From: Bacteroidota bacterium
Lineage (GTDB): Bacteria > Bacteroidota > Bacteroidia > UKL13-3
DNA: 64,000 nt
Reading direction: 5' to 3'
Assembly (NCBI GenBank): GCA_027484685.1
Contig: JAIXSO010000007.1
Location: forward strand, 3,651 to 67,650
Within the stretch, counting starts at the first letter, position 1, and each line of letters starts with the position of its first letter. Positions 8,697 to 19,129 of this stretch are shown here, in pieces. The position numbers were made by a program, and so were the translations under genes. A model generated the notes under the pieces. The model searched no databases, was not told the DNA's origin, and worked only from the letters and a program-made list of their open reading frames with translations.

Positions 8697-9694
8697 TTAA
8701 AAAGCTCGATTGGCTCTTCTATTTTTGGAGTTTCATCTATTTCGTGCAACGCATAAGTTTTGCCTAATACCAAAGCACCTACTTTGCAAATAGCCCAAGG
8801 GTAGTAAAAACCTAAAGTTACTATTGATAAAAGCACTTGTTTCAATACAAAAATGTAATCTTTTTTAGCCTCTAAATCAAAACCAAAACTATAGTTTCCT
8901 TCTCCACTTTGCATTACCGTTCGTACCACAAAATACTTGTACAAATTAAGCAAAGCCATTGGTATGTAAATACCCAAAGTAATTATACTTAAAAACAACT
9001 CTTTAAAAATATTACCACAAGCTAACCAAAAATCGGTTTCCCAATTGATAAAATAGTTTTTATACGTAAAATTAAATAACCAATTGTAGAACAAATAAGA
9101 ATATGGAATAACTACAAAAGCCATAATAATTTGGTAGCTGTAACCAATTTTATTGAATTGCTCTATATTTACTTTACCCGCAGTAAAAAACACATCGCCA
9201 GTAAAAAAGTACGTAATCACTGAGGTAACAATAAACACAGGAACTATTAAAGCTAAAATAAATATGAGCAATAAATAGCTACCTCTGCCCATAAAGTTAA
9301 AACTACTTCCATTATAACTGATGCTACTTGTAAAAAAACGATGAAAATTTCTAATAGCCCAAGGAGTGTATATTAACAGGGTTACCATCATCAATATTAT
9401 ATTTACAAACAACAAACCCATAAACCTTAAAACGGAAGCATCAAACTGAAAAGTAGTTCCTTTAATTTCCACATTTTCAATAATTAATTTGGTTACATAA
9501 AACAGCAAAACCAATATTATAAACCAAACTACAATAACAATTGGAAACATCCAACCTGGATCAATATCAGGAGGTGAAATAATTTTGAATTGGTATAAAA
9601 TGGGTAAATAGCTCGATAAAATGAAAGCCAAATAGCATAACCAAATAGGAAACAAGGCTCCACCTTGCAAATTGAATTTAAAATAACTTTTCAT
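8693..9694 (-). CDS. DUF898/YjgN-like membrane protein
   Basis: Repeated LS(I/V)(I/V)TLG(I/F)Y.PW-type helical units. Confidence 0.7.
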   Translation of the reverse strand: MKSYFKFNLQGGALFPIWLCYLAFILSSYLPILYQFKIISPPDIDPGWMFPIVIVVWFIILVLLFYVTKLIIENVEIKGTTFQFDASVLRFMGLLFVNIILMMVTLLIYTPWAIRNFHRFFTSSISYNGSSFNFMGRGSYLLLIFILALIVPVFIVTSVITYFFTGDVFFTAGKVNIEQFNKIGYSYQIIMAFVVIPYSYLFYNWLFNFTYKNYFINWETDFWLACGNIFKELFLSIITLGIYIPMALLNLYKYFVVRTVMQSGEGNYSFGFDLEAKKDYIFVLKQVLLSIVTLGFYYPWAICKVGALVLGKTYALHEIDETPKIEEPIELFN

Positions 9695-9782
9695 AAATTA
9701 CAGTTGGTAATAATATGAAAAATTAGCAACTATTTTTAAAGGCTCCTTAAAATTAATTATAAAGTAAAAAAGAGCACAAAAC

Positions 9783-9810
9783 AAAAAGCCATCAGTAAAC
9801 CGATGGCTTT
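9783..9810 (-). terminator. Intrinsic terminator
   Basis: aaagccatc / gatggcttt stem with T-tract on the minus strand, after the GT2 gene. Confidence 0.7.
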
Positions 9811-9854
9811 AACAATACTATTACAATATTTTGATTATTAGCGACTTAAAAACA

Positions 9855-10985
9855 CTACCAAATTTTACGTTGTTTGGTAAATAACCCAATGGTTCCAAAC
9901 ACATAAATATAGATTACAAAAAGTAAATCGAACAAAATAATAAACCAAGTAAGGTTTTGATATTTAAGCTTTTTAAAGGCCATAAAATACACTACCGATT
10001 GGCTGATTAGCTTAAACAAAAATGCTCCCAAGGCTATTTGCCAAAAATTTAAATCGAAGGCTAATAAAGCAATGATAGCTACATAAAACAATAAACTGGC
10101 TGCATAAAAAGTACCTAAAAGGGCTTTATGTTCAGGTTTATAATACTTTCCAGTGGTGTTATGTCTGGTTTTTTGACGACTCCAATCGCCAAAAGTTTTT
10201 TTACTTTCAGTATAAATAAAACTATCAGGATTTAACTGAATAGCCACATTCATGCTGTTAGCTGCGCGGTTTACAAATAAATCATCATCGCCACTCAAAA
10301 TGTGTTGGTGCCAAGCAAAACCTTTTTGTTTAAAAAACAACTCGCGTGTATAAGCTAAATTACGACCAACACCCATAAAAGTGTTTTTATTAATGGCAGC
10401 CGAGAAATAAAACATGCCAGTAATAGCACTTTCGAAACGAGCCATTAAATTTACAAAACCTTTTTGCGCTGTGTATGGCGAAAATCCTAATACAATTTGT
10501 TTGTCGTTTTCAAATTTGCTAGCCATTAATTTTAACCATTGATTGCTAGCAGGTTTACAATCAGCATCGGTAAATACTAATTGTTCGTGAATAGCCGCTT
10601 TTATGCCTATGGTTAAAGCAAACTTTTTGCCCGTAGGATATTTTTCTTGCTCTTTAAGTTCGCTTATTTTTAAATGAGGATACACCTCTTGGTAATATTC
10701 CAATAGTTTTTGGCTTTCATCCCAACTGCAATCGTTTACCACAATTACCTCAAAATTAGGATAATCTTGTTCTAAAATTGTTTTTAAGTTTTTTTCTAAA
10801 TTTTTGTACTCATTGCGCGCAGCTATAATAATAGAAACAGGCGGCTGAAAATTGCTTTCAGTAGTTTTGGGTTTATAAGTACCTAATTTTAAAAAATAGA
10901 AAAAGTAATAGTATAAAAGCACACAAATGCTTAATGCTAAAACAACTAAGATAGAAATATTGATATAATTGAATGATATAATCAT
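9855..10985 (-). CDS. GT2 glycosyltransferase (membrane-bound)
   Basis: VSIIIAARNE, VNDCS.D, GKKFAL, FTDADC, SGDDD, QKTRH. ATG at 10985 preferred because TACCTTTG (a -7 element) overlaps the TTG at 10994. Confidence 0.9.
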   Translation of the reverse strand: MIISFNYINISILVVLALSICVLLYYYFFYFLKLGTYKPKTTESNFQPPVSIIIAARNEYKNLEKNLKTILEQDYPNFEVIVVNDCSWDESQKLLEYYQEVYPHLKISELKEQEKYPTGKKFALTIGIKAAIHEQLVFTDADCKPASNQWLKLMASKFENDKQIVLGFSPYTAQKGFVNLMARFESAITGMFYFSAAINKNTFMGVGRNLAYTRELFFKQKGFAWHQHILSGDDDLFVNRAANSMNVAIQLNPDSFIYTESKKTFGDWSRQKTRHNTTGKYYKPEHKALLGTFYAASLLFYVAIIALLAFDLNFWQIALGAFLFKLISQSVVYFMAFKKLKYQNLTWFIILFDLLFVIYIYVFGTIGLFTKQRKIW

Positions 10986-11065
10986 AAAGCACAAAGGTAA
11001 ACCTTGCTTTAACCTAATTATAGGCTAATTTTTAAACAAAGTGTTGATTGTTCTTTTTTGTTTTG

Positions 11066-11112
11066 TTTTGAAAACAAAAAAACGCCACCTCAAATAAATG
11101 AAGTGGCGTTTT
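11066..11112. repeat. 47-bp direct repeat, copy 1 (terminator hairpin)
   Basis: ttttgaaaacaaaaaaacgccacctcaaataaatgaagtggcgtttt; 45/47 identical to 15860-15906. Confidence 0.9.
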
Positions 11113-11278
11113 TGTAAAATCTTACAAGATTAATCAAATAAAAAATTAATTAATTTTCATTGTTCTAAATTTAGTCATTATTTCTAAAAATTATCTAATA
11201 AGAGCTAGTTAGAAAATTTATTTCAAAATCATAAAATTATTGAACCTCAAGTTCCAAAATATTTTTTACTACATTTTT

Positions 11279-14200
11279 TTATTTTATAAAGATATTCGGA
11301 TTTCCATATACATGCATTGCAGCCCAACCTGAAGGTGCATAAAACCCATTATATTCATCATATCCAGTTTTCGCAACTTTAATATTAGCATCATATGCTC
11401 CAGTAGCAACTGAATTTCCATTATGCATTGATTCAATAAACGCTTCCAGCCAAACGGGAGTAATATCAGGGTTTAGCTTCCACGCAGGTGCTACAACAAC
11501 CTTATAACCAACACTCAGAATTTCATTTGTAAAAGATTCTAATTTTTGAGCAAACATTTCTTGTGAAATATATGCAGAGCTACAAACAAATAATATCGCT
11601 ATAGTTCCTTCTCCCACAATGTGCTTAATACCTGTCTCTCTAATGTATGCATGACCTTCAGACTGTCTAGTATATATAGTTTTGAAACCTTCTTTACCAA
11701 CACCACCATGAGCAAGTAATACATTTATAGAAGAAACGCTTCGTTCTGGTACTTTATCAGTTGAGATGTGTCCACCATATTTTTCCTCTATTACAGGTTT
11801 TAATTTCTCATAACCAATTCCCAATGCTGGGTCCTCATCATAAATAGGAATCCATGCATTAATTGTAAAATTATTTTTTTCAATGGTTATTTTTTTATTA
11901 TTTTTAGCAAACCACTCAAAAGAAATAATATTTGTTATTGGGAGATGATATCCTAAGAAATCAAGTTTGTTATTTAAAATTTCGATTTTAACTATCTCTT
12001 CATGCTTTTCAATATTTCTCCCCTCTGTGCGAACCTGAAGCAAATTGTGAGGAAAAACAGAAAGTTGCAAATCAGTAATAAGTAAAACTTCTTTAGTATT
12101 TGAACTGATTTCAAAAACTAAATTCCTTAGCTCTTTCATTAGTGTGATATAATCTTGCTCCTGCTCATTAATTGAGTACCATCCTCCTTTATCATCAAAA
12201 GAAAAATCCTCAACCTTCTTAGACCATTTTTTTATTATTTCATAATCAAAGTTTGAAAATAGATTCAATTCATAACTTTTATCCTCTCTTACGACTAATC
12301 CATAAATATTAGACTTTACTGTGAATAACCAACATATTATTTGACCTTCATATATAGTGATTTTCTCTAAAATGTTCTTAGCATAATCATCTAAATCAAA
12401 TTCAGGTTCATTTTGCGGAATAAATGGGGCCCTATCAACATGTTCTCTCTCTTCAAAACTCAAACTATTATCATTAATAATAAAACCCGATAGTAAAATG
12501 CTATTTATGTCTAAAGGATTTAAAGATAGTAGTAAAACATTTTCAGCTAAAAGTTCTATTTTTCCAGTTTCATTAGCAAAGTCCTCATAATTATAAGTTT
12601 CAAGAATTTTAATTAAGGCAATTTTGAATACTTTTTTTGTTTGTTCAGTAATTGGAAAAAAAGTAGCCTGCATATTACTTAATGTTTCACTGTCTATTTC
12701 CTCCTCAAAAGAAATAATGTACTTTTCTAACACATCGATATCTAAAGGTGTTTCAAAATTATCTTTCATACGCTTTAAATTATATAAAAAACCTAACCAA
12801 GGGATAGCTCCTTGATTGCCAAACTTCTTAATTTCGTTTAGATTTTCATCTATATAACTTAAACTGTTTTGTAAGAATTGTTCTTGTTTAATTGAATCTT
12901 CATGAAGCACCTTAGAAAGATTTGAGCTGAAGTAACTTATAGTAAATTTTTGCTCATCATAGGTAGATAATTTTAAGGTCTTTATTAGTTCATAAATTGA
13001 ATTTACAATATCGTTTATCCCACAATCTCTAAAGAATAACATGGAATTAAATAAAACCTCTATTAACTGAAACTCCTCTATTATTGGCATTGCTCTTAAA
13101 CAATTTATATATAAAGAACCATAGTATGCAGCTTCAATTGGGTTGTTTTGTTTAATAAAACATTTAAATTGACACAGCCAACCTAGAAGAGGTATTTGAT
13201 CCCTTTGAAAAGAAAGCATTAAAATTTCTTCCGCAAAATTTCTAGCTTTTTGAAAATGATAATTATAATTTAACGCATCTATAAAATTTAATGCACAGGT
13301 ATAAAAATGCTCCTCAAATCTTTTATCAAATCCTAAGCCTACGAAAACAGCCAATAAAGTTAAATAAACTTGCATCTCCTCATCAGTATAATACTTATGA
13401 TTGAAACTTGATATGAGTATTAATATGTGCTTTTTTAAATTAATTACATCTGATGGATTAAGTTTATGATTTATGGTTATTTCTAAAAGAGATATTTCTT
13501 TTTGTCCTTTTAAACACTCTTCAAAAATATAGTCTAGATCTTTTGCTCCTTTTTCATGGTCTATATTTTCAAGAGCTTCTACCTCTAATTTTTCAATTTT
13601 CTTTTTTTCAAGTTCAGATAACGCATTGTTTATAACAAGAATCAAATATCCGAATGCATTAATTTTTATTTTCTTAATAATACCTAGTAAGTAAAGTCTG
13701 TTATTTTTTTCACTTTTGTCTAAAGCTACATAATTTAATACTTGTGGCAAAATAAAATTAATTCTATCTTGATAAAAATTCTTCTCATCAACAGCTCTTT
13801 CATTATCATAATGATCATCAAAATAAAATAACTGCTTAATAGTAAATTCAAGCTCTTTTATTAAAAGAGCTATCTCTGATTCAAAAGTTATGGCTTCTGC
13901 ACCATCTCTAAATACTTTATACGGAATATGTTCAGGAAAAATTGAATGTTCCTTATGTTCATAGTAATTAATAATCTCACGAATATGGTTAGGTTCATAC
14001 AAGAACCATTGTAAATTCTTATTGAATTCATCTTCATTATTGTAATATTTTATTGAGGCTAATTCTTCCGTTTCCACTTTTCCATCTCCTGAAATAGCAA
14101 TGCCTCTTGCATATTTACCAATATTTAAATAGTTTTTAAGAAGAGTGTAGTCTATTACCATATTCAATTCCAAATTCAAACCACTTAAGTTTGGATAGTT

Positions 14201-15766
14201 TGAAACTAACGCAGACACTATAGTTTTTTGAGTGTTCCTTTGAATAACCTTTTTAAAGGCGTTTAATTCTTCTGAAGCTAAAATGCCCAAAGAGATGGCC
14301 TCTTTATATTCGTCAGACTCATTTGGATATTTAAAAATGAAAGCACGCACTAAAAAAAAAATATTTTTCAATTCAAATAATAGCATGTTTTTTGGGATAT
14401 CAATGTCTAGCCATTTGTCTATTATTTTGAAATGGTAATTAGAGTTTATAATATAAGGGAGTTCATCTCTTATTTCATTTGTAAACAATTCCTCTTGCTC
14501 CGAAAGAGAAAGTGATTTATCAAGTAAATGGTCAATTATATAGCTTGTATGACCATTTGCAATAGGTCCAATTGCAAAATAATACCAATTGCCAAATTGA
14601 AGTAAAGGGGTTTTCCAAAAACTAAATTTTTTTGCTGAATATTGGCTAATTTTAGCTAATAATATGTTAATTATTTTGATGTCTAATTTTGACGTTTTCT
14701 GTAAAGCTTTTGTAAGTACTACTTTTTCAATTTTTCTTGGAATAAATTTATTGCTTTGGCCACTAACAGTTTTGTCAATTACATCTTTATCTTTTAACTC
14801 GGAAAAACATAGTTTTAAGCCAATAATAAATTTAAATAATTCTTGGATTGTAATTCCGCCAAGAGATTTAAGTTTTTTGTTTAATAAATGATAATAGAAT
14901 TTAATCATTACAGCCGACTCATGTTTGGCTATTATGCTATCTTTAGATTCCTTAAATTCAATATGTAATACACCATTTGATACTGTGTTAATGATTTTGG
15001 GATATAATTCTTGCGTATCAGATAGATAAAACACAATTTCCCGAATAAGGTTTTGTCCTCTTTGTTTTCCTGCTAGTCTTAATAAATAGTAGATTTCAGG
15101 CGAGTTTTTGAATTTAAGAATTTCGTTTTTATATTCAATTTCAGAAAACTCATATTGATAAAATTGAAAAGCTCCATTTAGATTTACAAGCAGATTTACT
15201 AAATAACTAAGGTATCGAATTCGTTCAAGATTTTCTGATTCTAGTGTTGTCTTTTTTTTTCTAGAAGGTCGACTTTTTAAGAATAAATGACTTAATCGGA
15301 TTAGCTCAATTTGAATATCAAGCGTTATATCTAAAGCATCATTTATATCAAGTTCTTCCCCGAAAATATTCTTTAATTTATATTCATTACCTCGATCAAT
15401 TCTAATTGGAGCAGTATTATTATCGGATGTTAAAGCTTCAATCTGTTTAAGTGACATTCTTATATATTCGAAATTGGCGATTGCCAATATGTAGTCTATA
15501 AAATCAATCATGCTTAGGTCTATATCATCAAAAGCAGTCTTAATGCTATCCATTATTTCCTTATAAATAAAGTTAATAGTCTGTATTGCATCTATTAGCT
15601 CTATCGCATTGTTTCCATTAGTTGTATTATTTAGATTAATACCAACTTTGGCACAATCCATTTCAAAATCTTTAATAAAAGATTCAAAAACAAAATCATC
15701 AGTGAGTGGATTATGCCTAGAGTTTACTAGCTCCTTAATTATTTCTGATGTGGTTATTTTTTCCAT
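11279..15766 (-). CDS. 1495-aa protein with C-terminal CHAT (caspase-like) protease domain
   Basis: CHAT-type motifs VLLITDLQLSVFPHNLL, LLAHGG (His), AILFVCSS (Cys), GYKVVVAPAWKL, PSGWAAMHVYGNP; helical middle region; no signal peptide. Confidence 0.85.
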   Translation of the reverse strand: MEKITTSEIIKELVNSRHNPLTDDFVFESFIKDFEMDCAKVGINLNNTTNGNNAIELIDAIQTINFIYKEIMDSIKTAFDDIDLSMIDFIDYILAIANFEYIRMSLKQIEALTSDNNTAPIRIDRGNEYKLKNIFGEELDINDALDITLDIQIELIRLSHLFLKSRPSRKKKTTLESENLERIRYLSYLVNLLVNLNGAFQFYQYEFSEIEYKNEILKFKNSPEIYYLLRLAGKQRGQNLIREIVFYLSDTQELYPKIINTVSNGVLHIEFKESKDSIIAKHESAVMIKFYYHLLNKKLKSLGGITIQELFKFIIGLKLCFSELKDKDVIDKTVSGQSNKFIPRKIEKVVLTKALQKTSKLDIKIINILLAKISQYSAKKFSFWKTPLLQFGNWYYFAIGPIANGHTSYIIDHLLDKSLSLSEQEELFTNEIRDELPYIINSNYHFKIIDKWLDIDIPKNMLLFELKNIFFLVRAFIFKYPNESDEYKEAISLGILASEELNAFKKVIQRNTQKTIVSALVSNYPNLSGLNLELNMVIDYTLLKNYLNIGKYARGIAISGDGKVETEELASIKYYNNEDEFNKNLQWFLYEPNHIREIINYYEHKEHSIFPEHIPYKVFRDGAEAITFESEIALLIKELEFTIKQLFYFDDHYDNERAVDEKNFYQDRINFILPQVLNYVALDKSEKNNRLYLLGIIKKIKINAFGYLILVINNALSELEKKKIEKLEVEALENIDHEKGAKDLDYIFEECLKGQKEISLLEITINHKLNPSDVINLKKHILILISSFNHKYYTDEEMQVYLTLLAVFVGLGFDKRFEEHFYTCALNFIDALNYNYHFQKARNFAEEILMLSFQRDQIPLLGWLCQFKCFIKQNNPIEAAYYGSLYINCLRAMPIIEEFQLIEVLFNSMLFFRDCGINDIVNSIYELIKTLKLSTYDEQKFTISYFSSNLSKVLHEDSIKQEQFLQNSLSYIDENLNEIKKFGNQGAIPWLGFLYNLKRMKDNFETPLDIDVLEKYIISFEEEIDSETLSNMQATFFPITEQTKKVFKIALIKILETYNYEDFANETGKIELLAENVLLLSLNPLDINSILLSGFIINDNSLSFEEREHVDRAPFIPQNEPEFDLDDYAKNILEKITIYEGQIICWLFTVKSNIYGLVVREDKSYELNLFSNFDYEIIKKWSKKVEDFSFDDKGGWYSINEQEQDYITLMKELRNLVFEISSNTKEVLLITDLQLSVFPHNLLQVRTEGRNIEKHEEIVKIEILNNKLDFLGYHLPITNIISFEWFAKNNKKITIEKNNFTINAWIPIYDEDPALGIGYEKLKPVIEEKYGGHISTDKVPERSVSSINVLLAHGGVGKEGFKTIYTRQSEGHAYIRETGIKHIVGEGTIAILFVCSSAYISQEMFAQKLESFTNEILSVGYKVVVAPAWKLNPDITPVWLEAFIESMHNGNSVATGAYDANIKVAKTGYDEYNGFYAPSGWAAMHVYGNPNIFIK

Positions 15767-15859
15767 TCAACAAATATTACCTAAAGCGAATATCTTAATA
15801 TTTTTAATATAACTAAGTATTATTTAAAAAATATAATAATCCCTAATTTACTAAACACA

Positions 15860-15906
15860 TTTTGAAAACAAAAAAACGCCACTTCAAATAAATGAAGTAG
15901 CGTTTT
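15860..15906. repeat. 47-bp direct repeat, copy 2 (terminator of the M16 gene)
   Basis: ttttgaaaacaaaaaaacgccacttcaaataaatgaagtagcgtttt; hairpin plus T-tract on the minus strand. Confidence 0.9.
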
Positions 15907-15987
15907 ATATGAATTAGTTTTATCCAACCTAATTGGTTAAATATTTTTTTAAACTACCTATCACAGGAGCATACTAACTTTTCTATG

Positions 15988-16007
15988 TTTCTATGTTCTA
16001 TGTGGTT
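15988..16007 (-). repeat. AACCACATAGAACATAGAAA motif just after a stop codon
   Basis: 20/20 identical to 25511-25530 (+). Confidence 0.8.
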
Positions 16008-16013
16008 AATTGT

Positions 16014-18989
16014 TTAGTATCCAAAAATATCAGTAATACTTACTTCTACCAATTTACCGTATTTAGTCAAATCTTCCATTTTCACTTTGTCTTTTGATGC
16101 TACAATTGAGTAAAAATAAGGCTTGCCGGTATAATTGTTTTTATAGAAATTATTGATGCTTTCAAAGTTTAAGTTATCAATTTGTTCGTACACATCTTTT
16201 CTTAAATCATGGTGAACGCCCAATTTTTGATTATTTACATAATTAAAAATAATTGACTCATCGTTGATACGCTCAGTTTCAATGCTATTTTTAATAGAAG
16301 CTTTTGCATTATCAATATTGGCTTCGTTTTTAGGTAACGAAGTTAACAATTCATTCATGGCAGGAATGGCTTCATTGATTTTATCGGCTTGTGTACCTAC
16401 ATATGCAATGGTGTAGTAAGGATCCGTTTTTTTACTTGGCGTTTGGTAATACGAGTAAGTTGAATACGCTAAAGCCTTACTTTCGCGTATGGTTTGAAAC
16501 ACAATGCTACTCATGCCACCACCAAAGTATTCGTTAAACAATTGCAAAGTTGGAACCGAGGTTGAATCAAAGTTTTTATCTGATTTATTAATCCACGACA
16601 CTTCAGCTTGAACCATTTTATAATCAGTAAAATAAACAGTGTTTTCTTTGGTTTCGTTTCTGGTAAATTTAACCGCAGCAGGATATGCTAACTGTTTTGA
16701 AGGCAATTTATGAAACTGTGCTAACGATTTTTTGAAATCGGCTACAGGGCGAGGACCAAAGTAATAAATGGTGTGTTTGTATTGGTTAATTTTTTTGATG
16801 TAATTATCTACTAAATCTTTGGCGTTTAAAGCACGTAACTCAGCTTCAGTTAAATTATAAGTAGTAGGATTTTTAGCACCATACATGGCATAAGCCATCA
16901 ATGCACTTCTAATGGCACCTTTGCTTAATTTAGCATCGGCTCTTCCTTTTAAAATACGCTCTACCAAATTGTTCAATGCATCAGCATCGGGTTTTGCATT
17001 TGCTAATAAGGTTTCAAATAACTTTACTGCTGGTTCAAAATTTTCGTTCAAACCACTTAATGTTACATACACTTGCTCATTGCTAGTTGACACGTTAAAA
17101 TCGCAAGCCAATTTAAAAAACTCTTTGCTTATTTGCTCGCTGGTCATTTTATCAGTTCCTAAATATTGCAATAAGTTAAAAGCTATTGGTAATTTTAAAT
17201 CGTTAAATTTACCCATATCTAAAACGTAATATAACTGAAACAAATCGTTGTCTTTATTTTGAACATAATAAATTGGTGCTTTTCCACCAAAATTATCAAT
17301 GGTTAAGTCTCTTTTGTAATCAACAAAACGAGGTTTGATGTTTTCACTCGGTGTATCTTTAATTTTTGATACAAATGGCGAAACATCATCTCTATTTACA
17401 TCAACTGGAGTAATGGTAGGTTTTGGAACTTTGGTTATGTTTTTATCCTCCCCTACTTTTTTATTTACCACCACGTAATCGTTGGTAAAATATTTATTGG
17501 CAAATGCCACAATTTCGGCTTTGGTAATTTTGTTTAAATCATCAACCATGCTAACAGCGCTAGCCCAATTACGGTTTAAAGTAAATGCATCTAACATGGC
17601 ATAAGCGCGACCTTGGTTGCTTTTTTGTTCTTCTATTTTACCAATTTTTAAATTAGCAATAATGGCTTTTAATATACTTTCGTCAAACTCACCTTTTTTA
17701 ATAATGTCAATTTGATTTAACAATAATTGACGAACTTCATCTAAAGATTGTCCTTTTTTAGGTTTTCCTGTTAAAAATAAAATACTGTAATCGTGGTTTA
17801 TCCAAGGGCTTGACGATGCAGCTAACACTGCTTGTTTTTTGATTAAGTTTAAATCAATTAAACCCGCTTTTGAATTAGCCAAAATCATATCGCACATGGT
17901 TAATAATTTTTCTTCTTGCGTGCCAGCGCCTGGCAATCTGTAACCAATCATTAAATTTTCGGCATCAGGACCATAAATATCAACCACAGTTGGCTCGTTT
18001 CTTGGAGTCTCTACTGGACTGTTAAATGCAGGAACAGGTTTGGTTTGCATATAACTGAATTTTTCGTCTATTAAAGCTATCAATGCATCTGGATCAAAAT
18101 CACCACTTAATATAATGGCCATATTATTAGGCACATAGTAGGTATTGTAAAAATTACGAATTTTAACCAACGAAGGATTTTTCAAATGCTCCACGGTTCC
18201 AATGGTAGTTTGAGTTCCATAAGGATGGCTTTTAAATAAATTACTCAATAGAGCCTCGTAAACCTTACGGCCATCATTATCTAAACTGATATTTTTTTCT
18301 TCGTAAACTGCCTCTAACTCAGTATGAAACAAACGTAAAACGGGCGCTCTGAAACGCTCAGCTTCTATGCTTAACCATTTGCCTAATTGATTTTGCGAAA
18401 TATCGTTTACATAAACAGTTTGTTCTAAACTGGTAAAAGCATTGGTTCCTTGCGCACCAATGGCAGTCATCATTTTATCGTACTCGTTTGCAATAGCAAA
18501 TTTACTAGCCACACCACTTACCGAATCAATTAAATGGTAAATTTGAGTGCGTTTTTTTTCATCAGTTGTTTTATTGTACTGTTCGTACAATGCATCAATT
18601 TTATCTAACTGTTCTTTTTCTTTCTGCCAATCTTTGGTGCCATACACATTGGTTCCTTTAAAAAGCATGTGCTCTAAATAATGCGCCAAACCTGTGTTAT
18701 CAGCCGGATCGTTTTTACTACCTGCATTGGTAGCTATAAAAGTTTGAACACGAGGTTCTTTTTTATTTACACTCATCATTACCGTTAAACCATTGTTTAA
18801 CTTGTAAGTACGCACCCCTAAAGGATCGTTGGTAACAGTGGTGTACTTGTACTTTCCATCGGGCGAGGTATGCTGTTCGGTAACATAAGCTTTGGCAAAA
18901 CTAGCAGTAGTTTGTTTGTTTTGAGCATTGGCTTGCAAAGCAAAAAACAACGAAAGAACCAGGATAAAATTTTTCATTTTTATATTCAA
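16014..18989 (-). CDS. M16 (insulinase-family) zinc peptidase, exported
   Basis: GLAHYLEHMLFKGT (HxxEH), NAFTS, IRESKALAYS; signal peptide (start may be the ATG at 18977). Confidence 0.95.
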   Translation of the reverse strand: MNIKMKNFILVLSLFFALQANAQNKQTTASFAKAYVTEQHTSPDGKYKYTTVTNDPLGVRTYKLNNGLTVMMSVNKKEPRVQTFIATNAGSKNDPADNTGLAHYLEHMLFKGTNVYGTKDWQKEKEQLDKIDALYEQYNKTTDEKKRTQIYHLIDSVSGVASKFAIANEYDKMMTAIGAQGTNAFTSLEQTVYVNDISQNQLGKWLSIEAERFRAPVLRLFHTELEAVYEEKNISLDNDGRKVYEALLSNLFKSHPYGTQTTIGTVEHLKNPSLVKIRNFYNTYYVPNNMAIILSGDFDPDALIALIDEKFSYMQTKPVPAFNSPVETPRNEPTVVDIYGPDAENLMIGYRLPGAGTQEEKLLTMCDMILANSKAGLIDLNLIKKQAVLAASSSPWINHDYSILFLTGKPKKGQSLDEVRQLLLNQIDIIKKGEFDESILKAIIANLKIGKIEEQKSNQGRAYAMLDAFTLNRNWASAVSMVDDLNKITKAEIVAFANKYFTNDYVVVNKKVGEDKNITKVPKPTITPVDVNRDDVSPFVSKIKDTPSENIKPRFVDYKRDLTIDNFGGKAPIYYVQNKDNDLFQLYYVLDMGKFNDLKLPIAFNLLQYLGTDKMTSEQISKEFFKLACDFNVSTSNEQVYVTLSGLNENFEPAVKLFETLLANAKPDADALNNLVERILKGRADAKLSKGAIRSALMAYAMYGAKNPTTYNLTEAELRALNAKDLVDNYIKKINQYKHTIYYFGPRPVADFKKSLAQFHKLPSKQLAYPAAVKFTRNETKENTVYFTDYKMVQAEVSWINKSDKNFDSTSVPTLQLFNEYFGGGMSSIVFQTIRESKALAYSTYSYYQTPSKKTDPYYTIAYVGTQADKINEAIPAMNELLTSLPKNEANIDNAKASIKNSIETERINDESIIFNYVNNQKLGVHHDLRKDVYEQIDNLNFESINNFYKNNYTGKPYFYSIVASKDKVKMEDLTKYGKLVEVSITDIFGY

Positions 18990-19129
18990 TTTCTATTTGG
19001 GTTTAAAATGCAATAATATAATTATAAGCCACAATATTGCTATCAATTTTTATAAAAGGCTCTATAGGTTTTTAAAAAAATGAAAAGAGGAAAATTTTCA
19101 GAAGAGAGTTCCCACAAGAAACTATAAGT

